From an uncultured Desulfuromonadaceae bacterium (lineage in GTDB: Bacteria > SDB-A), in NCBI GenBank assembly GCA_964397545.1, contig CAYNIW010000003.1, positions 134-64,133 of the forward strand: DNA of 64,000 bases, given 5' to 3'. A model generated the notes under the pieces. It did not search any database and had not been told where the DNA came from. It saw only the letters and a list, made by a program, of their open reading frames with translations. Positions 35,571 to 45,776 of this stretch are shown in pieces (positions within the stretch are counted from its first letter, which is position 1; the number at the start of each line of letters is the position of its first letter). The position numbers and the translations under genes were made by a program.

Positions 35571-36803
35571 TCAGAAAAAATCGCTCAGCCATTTTTTTAA
35601 ACCTCCGACCATATTCTTTTTCTTTTCTTTTTCGCCTTTGAATTCGGTTTCTTCGTTCCCTGAAATCGAATACTTAATCAGTCCGATAGCCGTTGAAAAA
35701 GCTGGGGATGAAACTGCTTCAACCATTCCAAGCAGATCATTCTCCGGAGTTCCTGCCCTTACAGGAAGCTCGAAGATTTCCTCCGCCACTTCGACAATAC
35801 CTTTTAAGTTCGCAGTGCCTCCGGTAATTACTACTCCAGAGGCGAGATTATGAGCGTATTCACTTCGCTGAATCTTTCTAAAAGAGAAATCGATGATTTC
35901 TTCTATTCGAGCCTCGACAACGTCATGAAGCCTTTCAGTCGTCACTTTTCTGCTGGATCTTCCAGCAGTCCCTTGAATGTCAATTACTTCATCAGGATCG
36001 ACATAAGAAGGGTGGGCAGACGCTTTTTCTCTTTTAATTTTTTCTGCGAAAGCGTAAGATGTCGCCAGCCCCATAGAAATGTCTCTGGTGATGGAGTCTC
36101 CGCCTAATTTGACTAAACCGATGTCTCTGAGGGATCCTCCGAACCAAAGGGAGATGTTTGTCACGCCCCCGCCAATATCAAGAAGAGCTATCCCCTGTTG
36201 ACGGTCCTCTTCATCGAGCACAGCATACGAGGAAGCAAGATGCTGTAGAATCATCGAGTCAACAGCTAAACCTGCTCCTTCCACTGCTTTTTTTATGTTC
36301 CCGAGCGCGAGCGAAGAAGCTGTAATAATATAGATTATTGCTTCAAGCCTCATACCCATCAAACCGACAGGATCTATTATGTTCGGCTGGTTGTCGACGA
36401 TAAAATCCTGGGTCAGAGTGTGTATGATCTCTCTTTCAGCAGGAATAGCTATTCCTTTCGCTGATTCTTTAACTCTTTCCACGTCGGCTATAGTTATTCC
36501 CTGTTCCCTGCTGGTTATCGAGATCACGCCTTTGCTTGCAATTCCTTTTATGTGTTCTCCGGTCACTCCCACATTCACAGGTCCGGCCTGAACTCCCGCC
36601 ATCACTTCGGCATCGTGTATGGCATTTTTTATAGAAGACACTGTCTTGTCGAGATTTATCACCACGCCGTGTCTCATCCCTTCAGAAAGGGATTCGCCTA
36701 CCCCGATAATATTAATTTTATTTCTCGAAGCGATTTCGGCTATGACCGCGCATACTTTACTCGAGCCCAGATCAAGGGCAGTCACGATCATTTTTTTATC
36801 CAT
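35571..36803 (-). CDS. ftsA: Cell division protein FtsA
   Basis: ALDLGSSKV, LDIGGG, GVVITGG, SPAFSTAIGL; start at 36803 or 36809. Confidence 0.97.
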   Translation of the reverse strand: MDKKMIVTALDLGSSKVCAVIAEIASRNKINIIGVGESLSEGMRHGVVINLDKTVSSIKNAIHDAEVMAGVQAGPVNVGVTGEHIKGIASKGVISITSREQGITIADVERVKESAKGIAIPAEREIIHTLTQDFIVDNQPNIIDPVGLMGMRLEAIIYIITASSLALGNIKKAVEGAGLAVDSMILQHLASSYAVLDEEDRQQGIALLDIGGGVTNISLWFGGSLRDIGLVKLGGDSITRDISMGLATSYAFAEKIKREKASAHPSYVDPDEVIDIQGTAGRSSRKVTTERLHDVVEARIEEIIDFSFRKIQRSEYAHNLASGVVITGGTANLKGIVEVAEEIFELPVRAGTPENDLLGMVEAVSSPAFSTAIGLIKYSISGNEETEFKGEKEKKKNMVGGLKKWLSDFF

Positions 36804-36805
36804 TA

Positions 36806-37513
36806 TCATCCCCCATAGTATTCTCTGTTGTTTGTTAAACCGGATCTCCTGTAAATCAGAAGTTCTCCGGGAGAACTCAAATCGTAGCAATATTTTTTAC
36901 TCCACCAATCTGTTTCTTTCAAAGTGAGTATCACTCTATAGGATAAAACTATGTCTGTATTTCCTATGAATACAGCTATTTTATCCTCGGTCATCAAAGT
37001 TATTCCTTTTTCGCAGACAAAAACTGACTCAAGAAAAGGGAAACTTCTCCCTCTTGCGCAGACCGAGGCCACGTCGTTTAGAAAACGATCAGCCCCGGAC
37101 AGCATTCTGTCGCTGTCGGTATATTCATTGATTGTGTATGCTCTTAAAAAAATTTCCCCGGAATCGATTTTCATTATATACCCGTCCGCGTCAATGCCTC
37201 TTCCTCCTCCGATATCGAGCGAAGCGTATCTTTTTAACATTTCAACGACTACTGTATTTGATCCTTCTCTGCCTATTCGGACTTTTTTAGCCCTTATATT
37301 TTCAGAAAGCTTTTTTTGGGCCGCCGGCCAATCAATAAAAAAAACACACTGACCGCGTTTAATACCTGCCATACTGATTATTTCATCACCGCTAAATTCT
37401 GTGTCTCCGTAAATTTTAATATTTTCTACTCTGAACAAGCCTGTTTTTCCGACTGCGGCTCCTGCGCAGAAAACAATTACCGTCAACAACAAAAATGATA
37501 CTGTTCTAAACAT
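36806..37513 (-). CDS. ftsQ: FtsQ/DivIB-like POTRA protein
   Basis: N-terminal TM, FRVENIKIYG POTRA-like segment, position between murB and ftsA. Confidence 0.75.
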   Translation of the reverse strand: MFRTVSFLLLTVIVFCAGAAVGKTGLFRVENIKIYGDTEFSGDEIISMAGIKRGQCVFFIDWPAAQKKLSENIRAKKVRIGREGSNTVVVEMLKRYASLDIGGGRGIDADGYIMKIDSGEIFLRAYTINEYTDSDRMLSGADRFLNDVASVCARGRSFPFLESVFVCEKGITLMTEDKIAVFIGNTDIVLSYRVILTLKETDWWSKKYCYDLSSPGELLIYRRSGLTNNREYYGG

Positions 37514-38372
37514 ATTTGTATTTCCCGTTCTCGTCGAAAATTTTTATTTCTGTTTCGAGAGAAAAAGAATATTTTTTGAATACATCTTCCTTGATCGCGG
37601 CTACAGATTCGATAAAATCGCAACTCTTGGCGTTTCTCAGAGGAATAAAATAATTGGCATGTCTGTCCGAAATCAACACGTTCTTTATAATCTTCCCCTT
37701 CCAACCCGCCTGCTCGATCAGTTTTCCTGCAGGAGGTCCATTGGGAGGATTTTTAAAAATACATCCGGCAGTCCTTGAATTTCTCGGAAATCTGTCAATT
37801 CTGAATTTTTTTATCTGTGATATCGTATTTTCTATCTCCTTTTCATCCGATCTCTCGAGAATAAATTCAACTCCCAATATTAAATCCTCTATTCCTTTCC
37901 TGTATCCAAACATGTCTTTTGTAACCTCAAAAAAATTTTTTCCATTTGTCTTCACTTTTCTGACTCGCTCTCCCACTGTACCCCATTTCGTCCCCGCATT
38001 CATAAAAACCGCTCCCCCGATAGTCCCGGGAATGCCGAACATGCACTCAAGTCCTTTTAATCCGGCTTCTTTCGCTCTTCCGACAACTTCAGAAATGAGA
38101 GCTCCTGCACCGGCTTTTATTATGTTTTCTTGAACTGATATGTTTCTGAAACTTCCTGAAAGCTTTATTACGCATCCCCTGAAACCCTTGTCGCTGAAAA
38201 GGACATTACTGCCGGCACCCAATATAATGTATGGTATGTCATTTTTCTCACAATATGTGATAATTTTATCAAATTTCTGGTCATTATCAACATAACAAAA
38301 ATAATCGGCTTTACCGCCGAGCCTCAAAGTAGTGAAATCGGCAAGATCTATTTTCCTAAGGCAATCAATCAT
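37506..38372 (-). CDS. murB: UDP-N-acetylenolpyruvoylglucosamine reductase
   Basis: TTLRLGGKA, GAGSNVL, GIPGTIGGAVFMNAG, AGCIFKNP, HANYF. Confidence 0.95.
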   Translation of the reverse strand: MIDCLRKIDLADFTTLRLGGKADYFCYVDNDQKFDKIITYCEKNDIPYIILGAGSNVLFSDKGFRGCVIKLSGSFRNISVQENIIKAGAGALISEVVGRAKEAGLKGLECMFGIPGTIGGAVFMNAGTKWGTVGERVRKVKTNGKNFFEVTKDMFGYRKGIEDLILGVEFILERSDEKEIENTISQIKKFRIDRFPRNSRTAGCIFKNPPNGPPAGKLIEQAGWKGKIIKNVLISDRHANYFIPLRNAKSCDFIESVAAIKEDVFKKYSFSLETEIKIFDENGKYKYV

Positions 38373-39694
38373 TTGTCTTCCTTAAGTATTTTTTTTACTT
38401 CTTCTTTTGATGAATCAATATCACCCGCACCGAGGAGAGCGATGACTTCGCATGGCTTTAAGCCGGAAAGAATTTCAAGCATTTGATCTTTCGTCTGAGC
38501 CAAATAGGCTTTCTTACCGAGTTTTTGCAGATCATCTATTATCAACTCTGATGTTACTCCCGGAATCGGCTCTTCTCTAGCCGGGTATATGGGGAGAATT
38601 ATCAATTCATCTGCTGTTGAAAGAGCATCGGCAAAAGATTCGTGAAAATCTTTCGTTCTAGAAAACAAGTGAGGTTGAAAAATTGCTGTTATTTTCTTAC
38701 CAACAGATTTCAGCGCGTTCAGAGAAAAGCGAAGTTCGGTCGGATGATGAGCATAATCGCTTATTAAAACTCTATCCCTGTAATTAAAAACAACTTCCAT
38801 TCTTCTTTTTAATCCTCTGAACGATAAAAGAGATTCAGCGGCTTTTTCAGGCCGCACTCCCATTTCTTCAGCCGCGGCAACCGCAACGGCGGCATTTTGC
38901 AGATTATGTTTACCAGGCATTTTGAGCTTTATCTTCTGCCCGAAAAGCAATACTGAGTCTTCGTCAAAACTGTATTTCAAATCGCAACCCATTGCTTCGC
39001 CTAAAGTTACCGTTTTCGCCTTTTTCCCCTCCGCAGCATAGGCAGTCAGACTGTCACATACGTGTATTATGCATCTTTCGGAGTTATCTTCAAATTGCCG
39101 GAATGCCGCCAGAATTTCTTCTTCTCCTGAATAATACTTTCCGATATGATCCGCTTCTATTGAAGTTATTACTCCGAGTTTGGGAAAAAACAGAAGAAAA
39201 GTTTTGTCACTTTCGTCCAGTTCGCAAACGGCATTTTCTTTATCAGACCAGCACAGACCGCTTTCCCAGCCGAAAGGTGCTCCGCCTGCGATTCCCAGAA
39301 TATCAACGCCGTTTTCCCTCAGAATATGAACGAGCATTGAAACAGTTGTCGTTTTACCGTGAGTCCCTGCCACACCTGTCAAATGCAGGTTTACTAAACT
39401 GTTACTCAAGGCTTCTCCCCTGGAAAAGACTGGTAAACCAATGCTTAGCGCCTTTTGAATTTCTTCACACTTCATGTTAACAGCTCTTGAATACACGACT
39501 TTGTCGACTCCTTTAAGATGATCCGGTGAATGCCCCTTGATGGTTTTTATGCCCTCTGATTCGAGCAATAATGCGTTTTCATTTAAGCTCTTATCGCAAC
39601 CGCCGACATTGTTCCCTTTTTTCTTCAGCAATAAAGCAAGAGGCGTCATTCCCGAACCGCATATTCCGAGCATGTGAATATTTTCAGATTTCAT
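38369..39694 (-). CDS. murC: UDP-N-acetylmuramate--L-alanine ligase
   Basis: GICGSGM, VAGTHGKTTT, ELDESD, DYAHHPTE, IFQPHLFSRT. Confidence 0.95.
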   Translation of the reverse strand: MKSENIHMLGICGSGMTPLALLLKKKGNNVGGCDKSLNENALLLESEGIKTIKGHSPDHLKGVDKVVYSRAVNMKCEEIQKALSIGLPVFSRGEALSNSLVNLHLTGVAGTHGKTTTVSMLVHILRENGVDILGIAGGAPFGWESGLCWSDKENAVCELDESDKTFLLFFPKLGVITSIEADHIGKYYSGEEEILAAFRQFEDNSERCIIHVCDSLTAYAAEGKKAKTVTLGEAMGCDLKYSFDEDSVLLFGQKIKLKMPGKHNLQNAAVAVAAAEEMGVRPEKAAESLLSFRGLKRRMEVVFNYRDRVLISDYAHHPTELRFSLNALKSVGKKITAIFQPHLFSRTKDFHESFADALSTADELIILPIYPAREEPIPGVTSELIIDDLQKLGKKAYLAQTKDQMLEILSGLKPCEVIALLGAGDIDSSKEEVKKILKEDK

Positions 39695-40754
39695 CTAAAA
39701 TCTCCTCGATTATCAATCGCGCAGGATTGCATCTTCGCAGGGTCAAATTTTCTCTGGGTTTAGACACGGAATATTTCTTCTCAAAAGCTTTTTCAATACT
39801 GTTATACAGTGTTTCCGCATTCAATCTTTCTTCAGTAATAATTATCGCTGTTCCTTTTTTCTCAAGATGACGAGCGTTATCAATCTGATGACCTCTGGCT
39901 AATTTCAACGGCACCAGAACTGATGGAGTCCCGGAGGCTGACAGTTCGGCTACTGTCATAGCCCCGGAGCGCGAGAGCACAACATCCGCGCAGGCGTAAG
40001 CCGAAGCCATATCGCTGATGTAATCCAAAACAATCGGCTTTTCTCCGCACTTTTCAAAAAGACCTATTGAAAATTTTCCTGATGAAGCCAGCAATTGTGC
40101 TTTTTTCGGGATTCCGAATTTTCTGTACATCTCGTAAAAAGTTTTCTCCAGAATTTGAGACCCTTGACTGCCTCCGAATACGAGAACAACTTTTCTGTCG
40201 GGAAGGAGATTGAATTTTTTTAAGGCTTCTTTCCTCTTAACTTTTCCAATTTCCTTTCTCACGGGAGTTCCCGTGTGAACCGCTCTGACAGACCCCGGCA
40301 GGTATTTAACCGTATCGCTGAAAGCCAAAAACACTTTTTTTGAAAATCTGCAGAAAAGCCTTGTAGTCATTCCGGGCTTTATGTCCGCTTCGAATATGTA
40401 TATTGGAACAGAAAGGATTATGCAGGATAATATGACGGGAACAGTGGCGAAAGATCCCGTTCCAAAAACCGCATTCGGTTTTATACCAAGTATTTTTCTC
40501 ACACAGGAATAAATACCCCAAAAAAGAACCAGGGCGGACGAGATTTTCTCAGACAGCCTCTTTCCTGCCCATGGCAGACTCAATATTTTCACATAAGCAT
40601 AACCCGCATTATTCACTATTTTTTCCGACATTCCTTTGCCGATTCCGGAAAAAATAACATCCGCTCTTTCTTTAGCCTCCTGTGCCACCGACAAAGCCGG
40701 GTATACATGCCCGCCGGTTGTCCCCACGGCAATAAGAAGTCTTAATTTTTTCAC
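39684..40754 (-). CDS. murG: Lipid II N-acetylglucosaminyltransferase
   Basis: GTTGGHVYPA, TGTPVR, GGSQGS, SRSGAMTVAEL, HQIDNA. Confidence 0.95.
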   Translation of the reverse strand: MKKLRLLIAVGTTGGHVYPALSVAQEAKERADVIFSGIGKGMSEKIVNNAGYAYVKILSLPWAGKRLSEKISSALVLFWGIYSCVRKILGIKPNAVFGTGSFATVPVILSCIILSVPIYIFEADIKPGMTTRLFCRFSKKVFLAFSDTVKYLPGSVRAVHTGTPVRKEIGKVKRKEALKKFNLLPDRKVVLVFGGSQGSQILEKTFYEMYRKFGIPKKAQLLASSGKFSIGLFEKCGEKPIVLDYISDMASAYACADVVLSRSGAMTVAELSASGTPSVLVPLKLARGHQIDNARHLEKKGTAIIITEERLNAETLYNSIEKAFEKKYSVSKPRENLTLRRCNPARLIIEEILDEI

Positions 40755-42022
40755 GAGTTGTTTCCCGCCTTGTGTCTTGCAGAACCGATGTAATATCCTC
40801 TGCTATTCAGCTTGCTTTTAGTGCTGAGAAAAATCATCTCCCTTTTTTTCACAGTATTTTCATTCATCTGCCTGATTTTTGATTCAGCTGATATATTCAA
40901 AAGAATTCCGAGCATAAACAGATTTCCTACCATCGACGTTCCTCCGTAAGAAACAAAAGGAAGAACAAGGCCCGTAGCGGGAAGATAACCTATGCTGATA
41001 AAAGCGTGGATAATTGCAAAAACAAAGAAATTAACTGAAATGCCGAATGCAAGAAAAAACAGAAACCTGTCTTTGTCCTCAAAAAATAAAGCCGTCTTAA
41101 AACCGAGCACAAGAATCACAAAATACAAGGACATAAGGAAAAGTGTTCCGACAAATCCCATTTCTTCGCCTACTGCCGCTATTATAAGATCTCTGTCAAC
41201 TTCCGGGATAAATGATCCGTTTTTGAGTTCTCCTTTGCAGAGGCCCCTTCCAAAGAGCCCTCCGTTGGCAAAAGCTAGTAAAGAATTCTGCATCTGCGAG
41301 TTTTCCGGAACGACTGTTTCGCCTCTTTTAATGTTTATCACGTAGTTTTTTATTCTCTCGTCAATATGCTTGAACCTGCTGCCTGGCAGTAAATACAACA
41401 TCAACCCGATTGACAGCACACACACTATCAGGACCAAGGAAAACTTTAACGGGACATTTCCTACGAAAAAGAACACAAAAATCAGCAGGAGAAGCACCAA
41501 AGCCGTTGAAACATCCGGTCCTATCGCAACCAGTGCTATTATTCCTCCTATTATTACAAGAAGTCCCCATGACCATTTTGGGTTTTTTTCCTTTACTGTG
41601 CTGTTTTTTCTCCTTATATAGTGCGAAACGTAAAATATCAGGATGATCTTCGCAAGCTCTGACGGCTGAAAATTCAAGAATCCTATCTTTAACCATCTGT
41701 GAGCGCCGTTTATATTTGAACCGAAAAGAATCACGGCAAACAAAAGAATTATGACGGCAAATGAAAAGAACAGAATAAGAACCGTATTATCAAGCTTTTT
41801 CAAAGGAAGGCAAAAAGCTATAATCATCGCGATTAAACCGATGCCTATATTGAAAAGATGCTTGTATGCTGAACTTGAAGGACCGAAACTGAATACTGAA
41901 GCTCTTTGCTGAGCTGAAAAAACGCTAATAATTCCTATGGCAATCAGGACGGCAACTGCCAGCAGCAGCCCATAGTTGGCTTTCGCGGCTTTTTCCCCTA
42001 ATTTCACTTTATCCCTTCCCAT
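40751..42022 (-). CDS. ftsW: SEDS family peptidoglycan polymerase FtsW
   Basis: INGAHRWL, FQPSELAK, GPD, GGLFGRG, GLVLPFVSYGGTS; ATG 42022 overlaps the murD stop. Confidence 0.93.
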   Translation of the reverse strand: MGRDKVKLGEKAAKANYGLLLAVAVLIAIGIISVFSAQQRASVFSFGPSSSAYKHLFNIGIGLIAMIIAFCLPLKKLDNTVLILFFSFAVIILLFAVILFGSNINGAHRWLKIGFLNFQPSELAKIILIFYVSHYIRRKNSTVKEKNPKWSWGLLVIIGGIIALVAIGPDVSTALVLLLLIFVFFFVGNVPLKFSLVLIVCVLSIGLMLYLLPGSRFKHIDERIKNYVINIKRGETVVPENSQMQNSLLAFANGGLFGRGLCKGELKNGSFIPEVDRDLIIAAVGEEMGFVGTLFLMSLYFVILVLGFKTALFFEDKDRFLFFLAFGISVNFFVFAIIHAFISIGYLPATGLVLPFVSYGGTSMVGNLFMLGILLNISAESKIRQMNENTVKKREMIFLSTKSKLNSRGYYIGSARHKAGNNS

Positions 42023-43358
42023 AATAATCTCTGACTTCCCGCGTAAAAACATCTCCTCTTTCCTGAAAATCCTTGAACATGTCAAAACTTGCCATCCCCG
42101 GATTGAGAATAACCGTTTCCCCTGCCCCTGCTTTTTTCACCGCTTTTTCGACCGCATCCTTCATTCCTTGAGCAATTTGGTGGTCTACGTTCATCTCTAA
42201 AAGCATTTTTGAAAGATCAGCGGAACTCGCTCCTATCAGAATCACCGATTTTGCAAAATCTCTGCATGACAAAGCTATCTCTGACAAATCGGTGTTTTTC
42301 GCTTTTCCGCCAACTATTGCTACGGAACCGCGAAACGCGTCGAGAGATCTCCTGAAAGCCGATTCGTTTGTGCACATCGAGTTGTTTATGAATAATATTC
42401 CTTCAAAACATCCTATTTTTTCAAGACGGTGACGGAGGCCTTTGAATTTTTTCACCGCATCGACGATATCTTGCGGCTTTACTCCTATTAAATATGCCGA
42501 TATACCAGCCGCAAGGACGTTTTCGAGGTTATGATTTCCTTTGAGAAATAACTCGTCTTCTCCTACGCTGAATTCCGAGTCGTCTTCCGGGATGAAAACA
42601 GCTTTCGATCCCTTTAAGTAACCCCATGTTCTAATGCCTTTTCCGGAACCAAAATAATATTTCCTGCTCTGAGCTTTTTTCGACATAGATAATATTTCCG
42701 GGAAATCTGAGTTGAGAACTGCAAAACCGTTTCTTTTTACCCTTCTTATCAGATCCGCCTTCAAAGACGCATAAGTTTTCATATCTCTATGCCGGTCAAG
42801 ATGGTCGCTTGAGATGTTTGTCCAAACAGCCGCGTCGGTCGAAAATTCCTTTACTGTTTCCATTTGAAAACTGCTTATTTCCGCGCTTACCCATTCGCCT
42901 GGAAGAGCCTGGATGGAAATTTCAGACAGAGGAATACCGGGAGCCAGATTTCCTCCCATATGGCATTTTATACCTGAAAGATTTAAAATATGACAAAAGA
43001 GTGCAGTTGTTGTGCTTTTCCCGTTTGTTCCTGTGACTGACATAAGGTTTGACCTTAAAAATTTCGAGGCTATTTCGATTTCCGAAATAACATTGATTTT
43101 TCTTTTTATAAAATTATTGACAATATTAGAGTCCGGTCTGATTCCGGGACTTATGACAGCATAATCGCAGTCAAATGCCCTTTCCGTATGACCGTTTTCC
43201 TCAAATTGGACTCCAAGGGTTCTTAACGTATTTTCTGCGTCTTCGTTAATGGAATTATTATCCGACAAAAATACTTCAACTCCTTTTAGATTAAGAAGTT
43301 TTACGGCGGCTATTCCGCTTCTGCCTGCTCCTAATACAGTAATTTTTTCCATATTCAC
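42009..43358 (-). CDS. murD: UDP-N-acetylmuramoyl-L-alanine--D-glutamate ligase
   Basis: LGAGRSG, VTGTNGKSTT, EISSFQ, DHLDRH, LRHRLE, ASFDMFKDFQERG. Confidence 0.95.
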   Translation of the reverse strand: MNMEKITVLGAGRSGIAAVKLLNLKGVEVFLSDNNSINEDAENTLRTLGVQFEENGHTERAFDCDYAVISPGIRPDSNIVNNFIKRKINVISEIEIASKFLRSNLMSVTGTNGKSTTTALFCHILNLSGIKCHMGGNLAPGIPLSEISIQALPGEWVSAEISSFQMETVKEFSTDAAVWTNISSDHLDRHRDMKTYASLKADLIRRVKRNGFAVLNSDFPEILSMSKKAQSRKYYFGSGKGIRTWGYLKGSKAVFIPEDDSEFSVGEDELFLKGNHNLENVLAAGISAYLIGVKPQDIVDAVKKFKGLRHRLEKIGCFEGILFINNSMCTNESAFRRSLDAFRGSVAIVGGKAKNTDLSEIALSCRDFAKSVILIGASSADLSKMLLEMNVDHQIAQGMKDAVEKAVKKAGAGETVILNPGMASFDMFKDFQERGDVFTREVRDYYGKG

Positions 43359-44437
43359 CTTATTTTCAGTGTGCTGATTCCTATGAGGGCAAATAAAATC
43401 GCCAGAAGCCAGAATCTGACGACAATTTTGCTTTCAGGCAATCCGCACTTTTCGAAATGATGATGTATGGGAGTCATTTTAAAAATCCGTTTTCCGCCAG
43501 TCATCTTAAAATACGAAACCTGAAGTATCACAGACAAAGCTTCCACAACAAAAACTCCGCCTATAAAAATAAGTAGAATTTCCTGTTTTATCAGAATCGC
43601 AATCAAACCAAGAGCTCCGCCAAGTGAAAGTGAACCTGTATCCCCCATAAAGACCTGGGCGGGGTGCGCGTTAAACCATAAAAAACCAAGACAAGCTCCA
43701 AAAGCGGCGGCTCCGAAAACAGTGACTTCCGCCGCGAGCGGATCAAAACCTATATGCAGATACTGAGAAGCCTTGAAATTCCCTGCTATGTAGCAAACCA
43801 CCGCAAATGAGGCGAAAGAAGCCGCCAGTGAGCCTGCTGCCAGGCCGTCAAGGCCGTCGGTAATATTGACTGAATTTGAAGCGCCGAGTATCACAGTCAA
43901 AATTAGAGGAATGTATAACCAACCAAAGTCAACTATTAGATTTTTTAGAAAAAGTGCGTGAGTCTGAGTAACTTTCAGATCTCCTCCGGAAGGAAACTTG
44001 AAGAGCATGAACCCTACAAAACCCGCGAGAATAATTTGACCTATGAGTTTATATTTTCCTCTCATCCCTTTTTTTCTTTTCATTTTCATTAGATCATCAA
44101 GAAATCCAAAAGTTCCGAGCCATATCATGGATAAAAGAAGAATAATTATGTTTCTATTTGTCAAGTCACCCCAGATTATCACAGACACAAGAATTGACAC
44201 TACAATAAGAATTCCCCCCATTGAAGGCGTGCCTATTTTCTTTTCATGCCCTTCAGGAGTAAATTCCCTCAATACGGAACCGGTGCCGTGTTTTTGCAGT
44301 TTTCTTATTACGTAAGGTCCGGCAAAAAATGATATTAAAAGCGCAGTTATAACTGCGTAGGCTGACCTGAAAGTGATGTAACCCAAGACGTTGAAGACTG
44401 AAAAAGTGTCTTTTAGTTCAAAAAGCAGCTTATACAA
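43355..44437 (-). CDS. mraY: Phospho-N-acetylmuramoyl-pentapeptide transferase
   Basis: KIGTPSMGG, GFLDD, NSVNITDGLDGL, FMGDTGS, MTPIHHHFE. Confidence 0.97.
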   Translation of the reverse strand: MYKLLFELKDTFSVFNVLGYITFRSAYAVITALLISFFAGPYVIRKLQKHGTGSVLREFTPEGHEKKIGTPSMGGILIVVSILVSVIIWGDLTNRNIIILLLSMIWLGTFGFLDDLMKMKRKKGMRGKYKLIGQIILAGFVGFMLFKFPSGGDLKVTQTHALFLKNLIVDFGWLYIPLILTVILGASNSVNITDGLDGLAAGSLAASFASFAVVCYIAGNFKASQYLHIGFDPLAAEVTVFGAAAFGACLGFLWFNAHPAQVFMGDTGSLSLGGALGLIAILIKQEILLIFIGGVFVVEALSVILQVSYFKMTGGKRIFKMTPIHHHFEKCGLPESKIVVRFWLLAILFALIGISTLKIR

Positions 44438-45776
44438 TGCAACCGCCGGATTTTAGAGCATCAGCTATTTTATCCAGCTCCATAGCTCTGCTTCCTTTTA
44501 TTAAAACCACGTCTCCCTCTCTTACATCATCTATAAGTGCTTGGAAAGCCTGCTCCCAATCAACCGCTTCCCTGCAAATCAAACTTTTAGAGACTTTCTC
44601 TTTTGCCCCTTTAAGAACGAAATTTGAATAATCTCCTACAGCGATTATCTCTGAAAAACCGAGTTTTACGGCATTTGAACCCGCCTTCTCATGAAATTGC
44701 CCGCTTTCTTTGCCCAATTCTTTCATGTCGCCGATTACTGCCACCTTCCTTCCTTCAAAGGATTTTGAAACGTATTTCATGGCAGATTCCAGGGCGACAG
44801 GGCTGGAGTTGTATGAATCGTCAATCACAGTAATTCCGCGGGACTCAAACACATCCAATCTGTTCGGAGGAAGCTTCATTTCTGAAATTCCTCGCGAAAT
44901 CTCCCGCGCTTCAAGACCAAAAAACAAACCGGTTTTCAAAGCCGCCAAAGCTGCATAAAGGCCGGATTCACCCGGAGGGCTGACGCAAAATTCAATATTT
45001 TCAGCAATAAAATTTGTTTTTGTTTTACCCCATATAATGTTTGTGACCTTTTGATGCCGAACTCCGAATTGTTGAATCTTAGTCCCGTATTCGCCTATGC
45101 GTTTTGTGATTTCTTCATCGTCGCCGTTTACAAAAGCCTTCCCATTTTCCTTAAGATTTTCAATTATTTCAAACTTTGAATCGGCTATGGAGTCAAGCGA
45201 ACCGAAAATTTCAAGATGGACAGGCGCTATCCTTGTGAGAATAGCAATATCGGGCTTCGCTATAGAACATAGGTTTTTAATGTCCCCTTTTTTTCTCGCT
45301 CCCATTTCGAGAACAAAAAAGTCCGCTTCACTGCCTGTGTTCAATATTGTCAGAGGCATTCCAATTTCCGTGTTCATGTTTCCTTCGCTTGCCGTAACTG
45401 TGAAACCGGCTGAAAGGACTGATCTTATAGCTTCTTTTGTCGTAGTCTTTCCAATTGATCCTGTGACCCCGATTACTTTCGCCCCCGAGAGAGTTATTTT
45501 TGCTGAAGCAAGAATGCCTATGGCTTTTATGCAGTCAGGAACTAAAACAATGGGTCCTTGGATCTTTTTTTCGCACAATACGGCTGAAGCTCCGTTTTTC
45601 AGGGCTTGAGCGGCATGAAGATGTCCGTCAGTCTTTTCGCCCTTCAACGCGACAAATATATTGTTTTTAATTATTTTTCTCGAATCGGAAGAAAAACCCT
45701 TGACTTGTATTTTTTCGGAAATATTTTCTATTTTCCCTCCCGTAAGCTTTGCAAGATATCCTAATTCGATTTCCAC
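44430..45776 (-). CDS. murF: UDP-MurNAc-tripeptide--D-Ala-D-Ala ligase
   Basis: VTGSIGKTTTK, NTEIG, LEMG, DDSYNSSP, GDMKELG, KGSR. Confidence 0.95.
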   Translation of the reverse strand: MEIELGYLAKLTGGKIENISEKIQVKGFSSDSRKIIKNNIFVALKGEKTDGHLHAAQALKNGASAVLCEKKIQGPIVLVPDCIKAIGILASAKITLSGAKVIGVTGSIGKTTTKEAIRSVLSAGFTVTASEGNMNTEIGMPLTILNTGSEADFFVLEMGARKKGDIKNLCSIAKPDIAILTRIAPVHLEIFGSLDSIADSKFEIIENLKENGKAFVNGDDEEITKRIGEYGTKIQQFGVRHQKVTNIIWGKTKTNFIAENIEFCVSPPGESGLYAALAALKTGLFFGLEAREISRGISEMKLPPNRLDVFESRGITVIDDSYNSSPVALESAMKYVSKSFEGRKVAVIGDMKELGKESGQFHEKAGSNAVKLGFSEIIAVGDYSNFVLKGAKEKVSKSLICREAVDWEQAFQALIDDVREGDVVLIKGSRAMELDKIADALKSGGCIV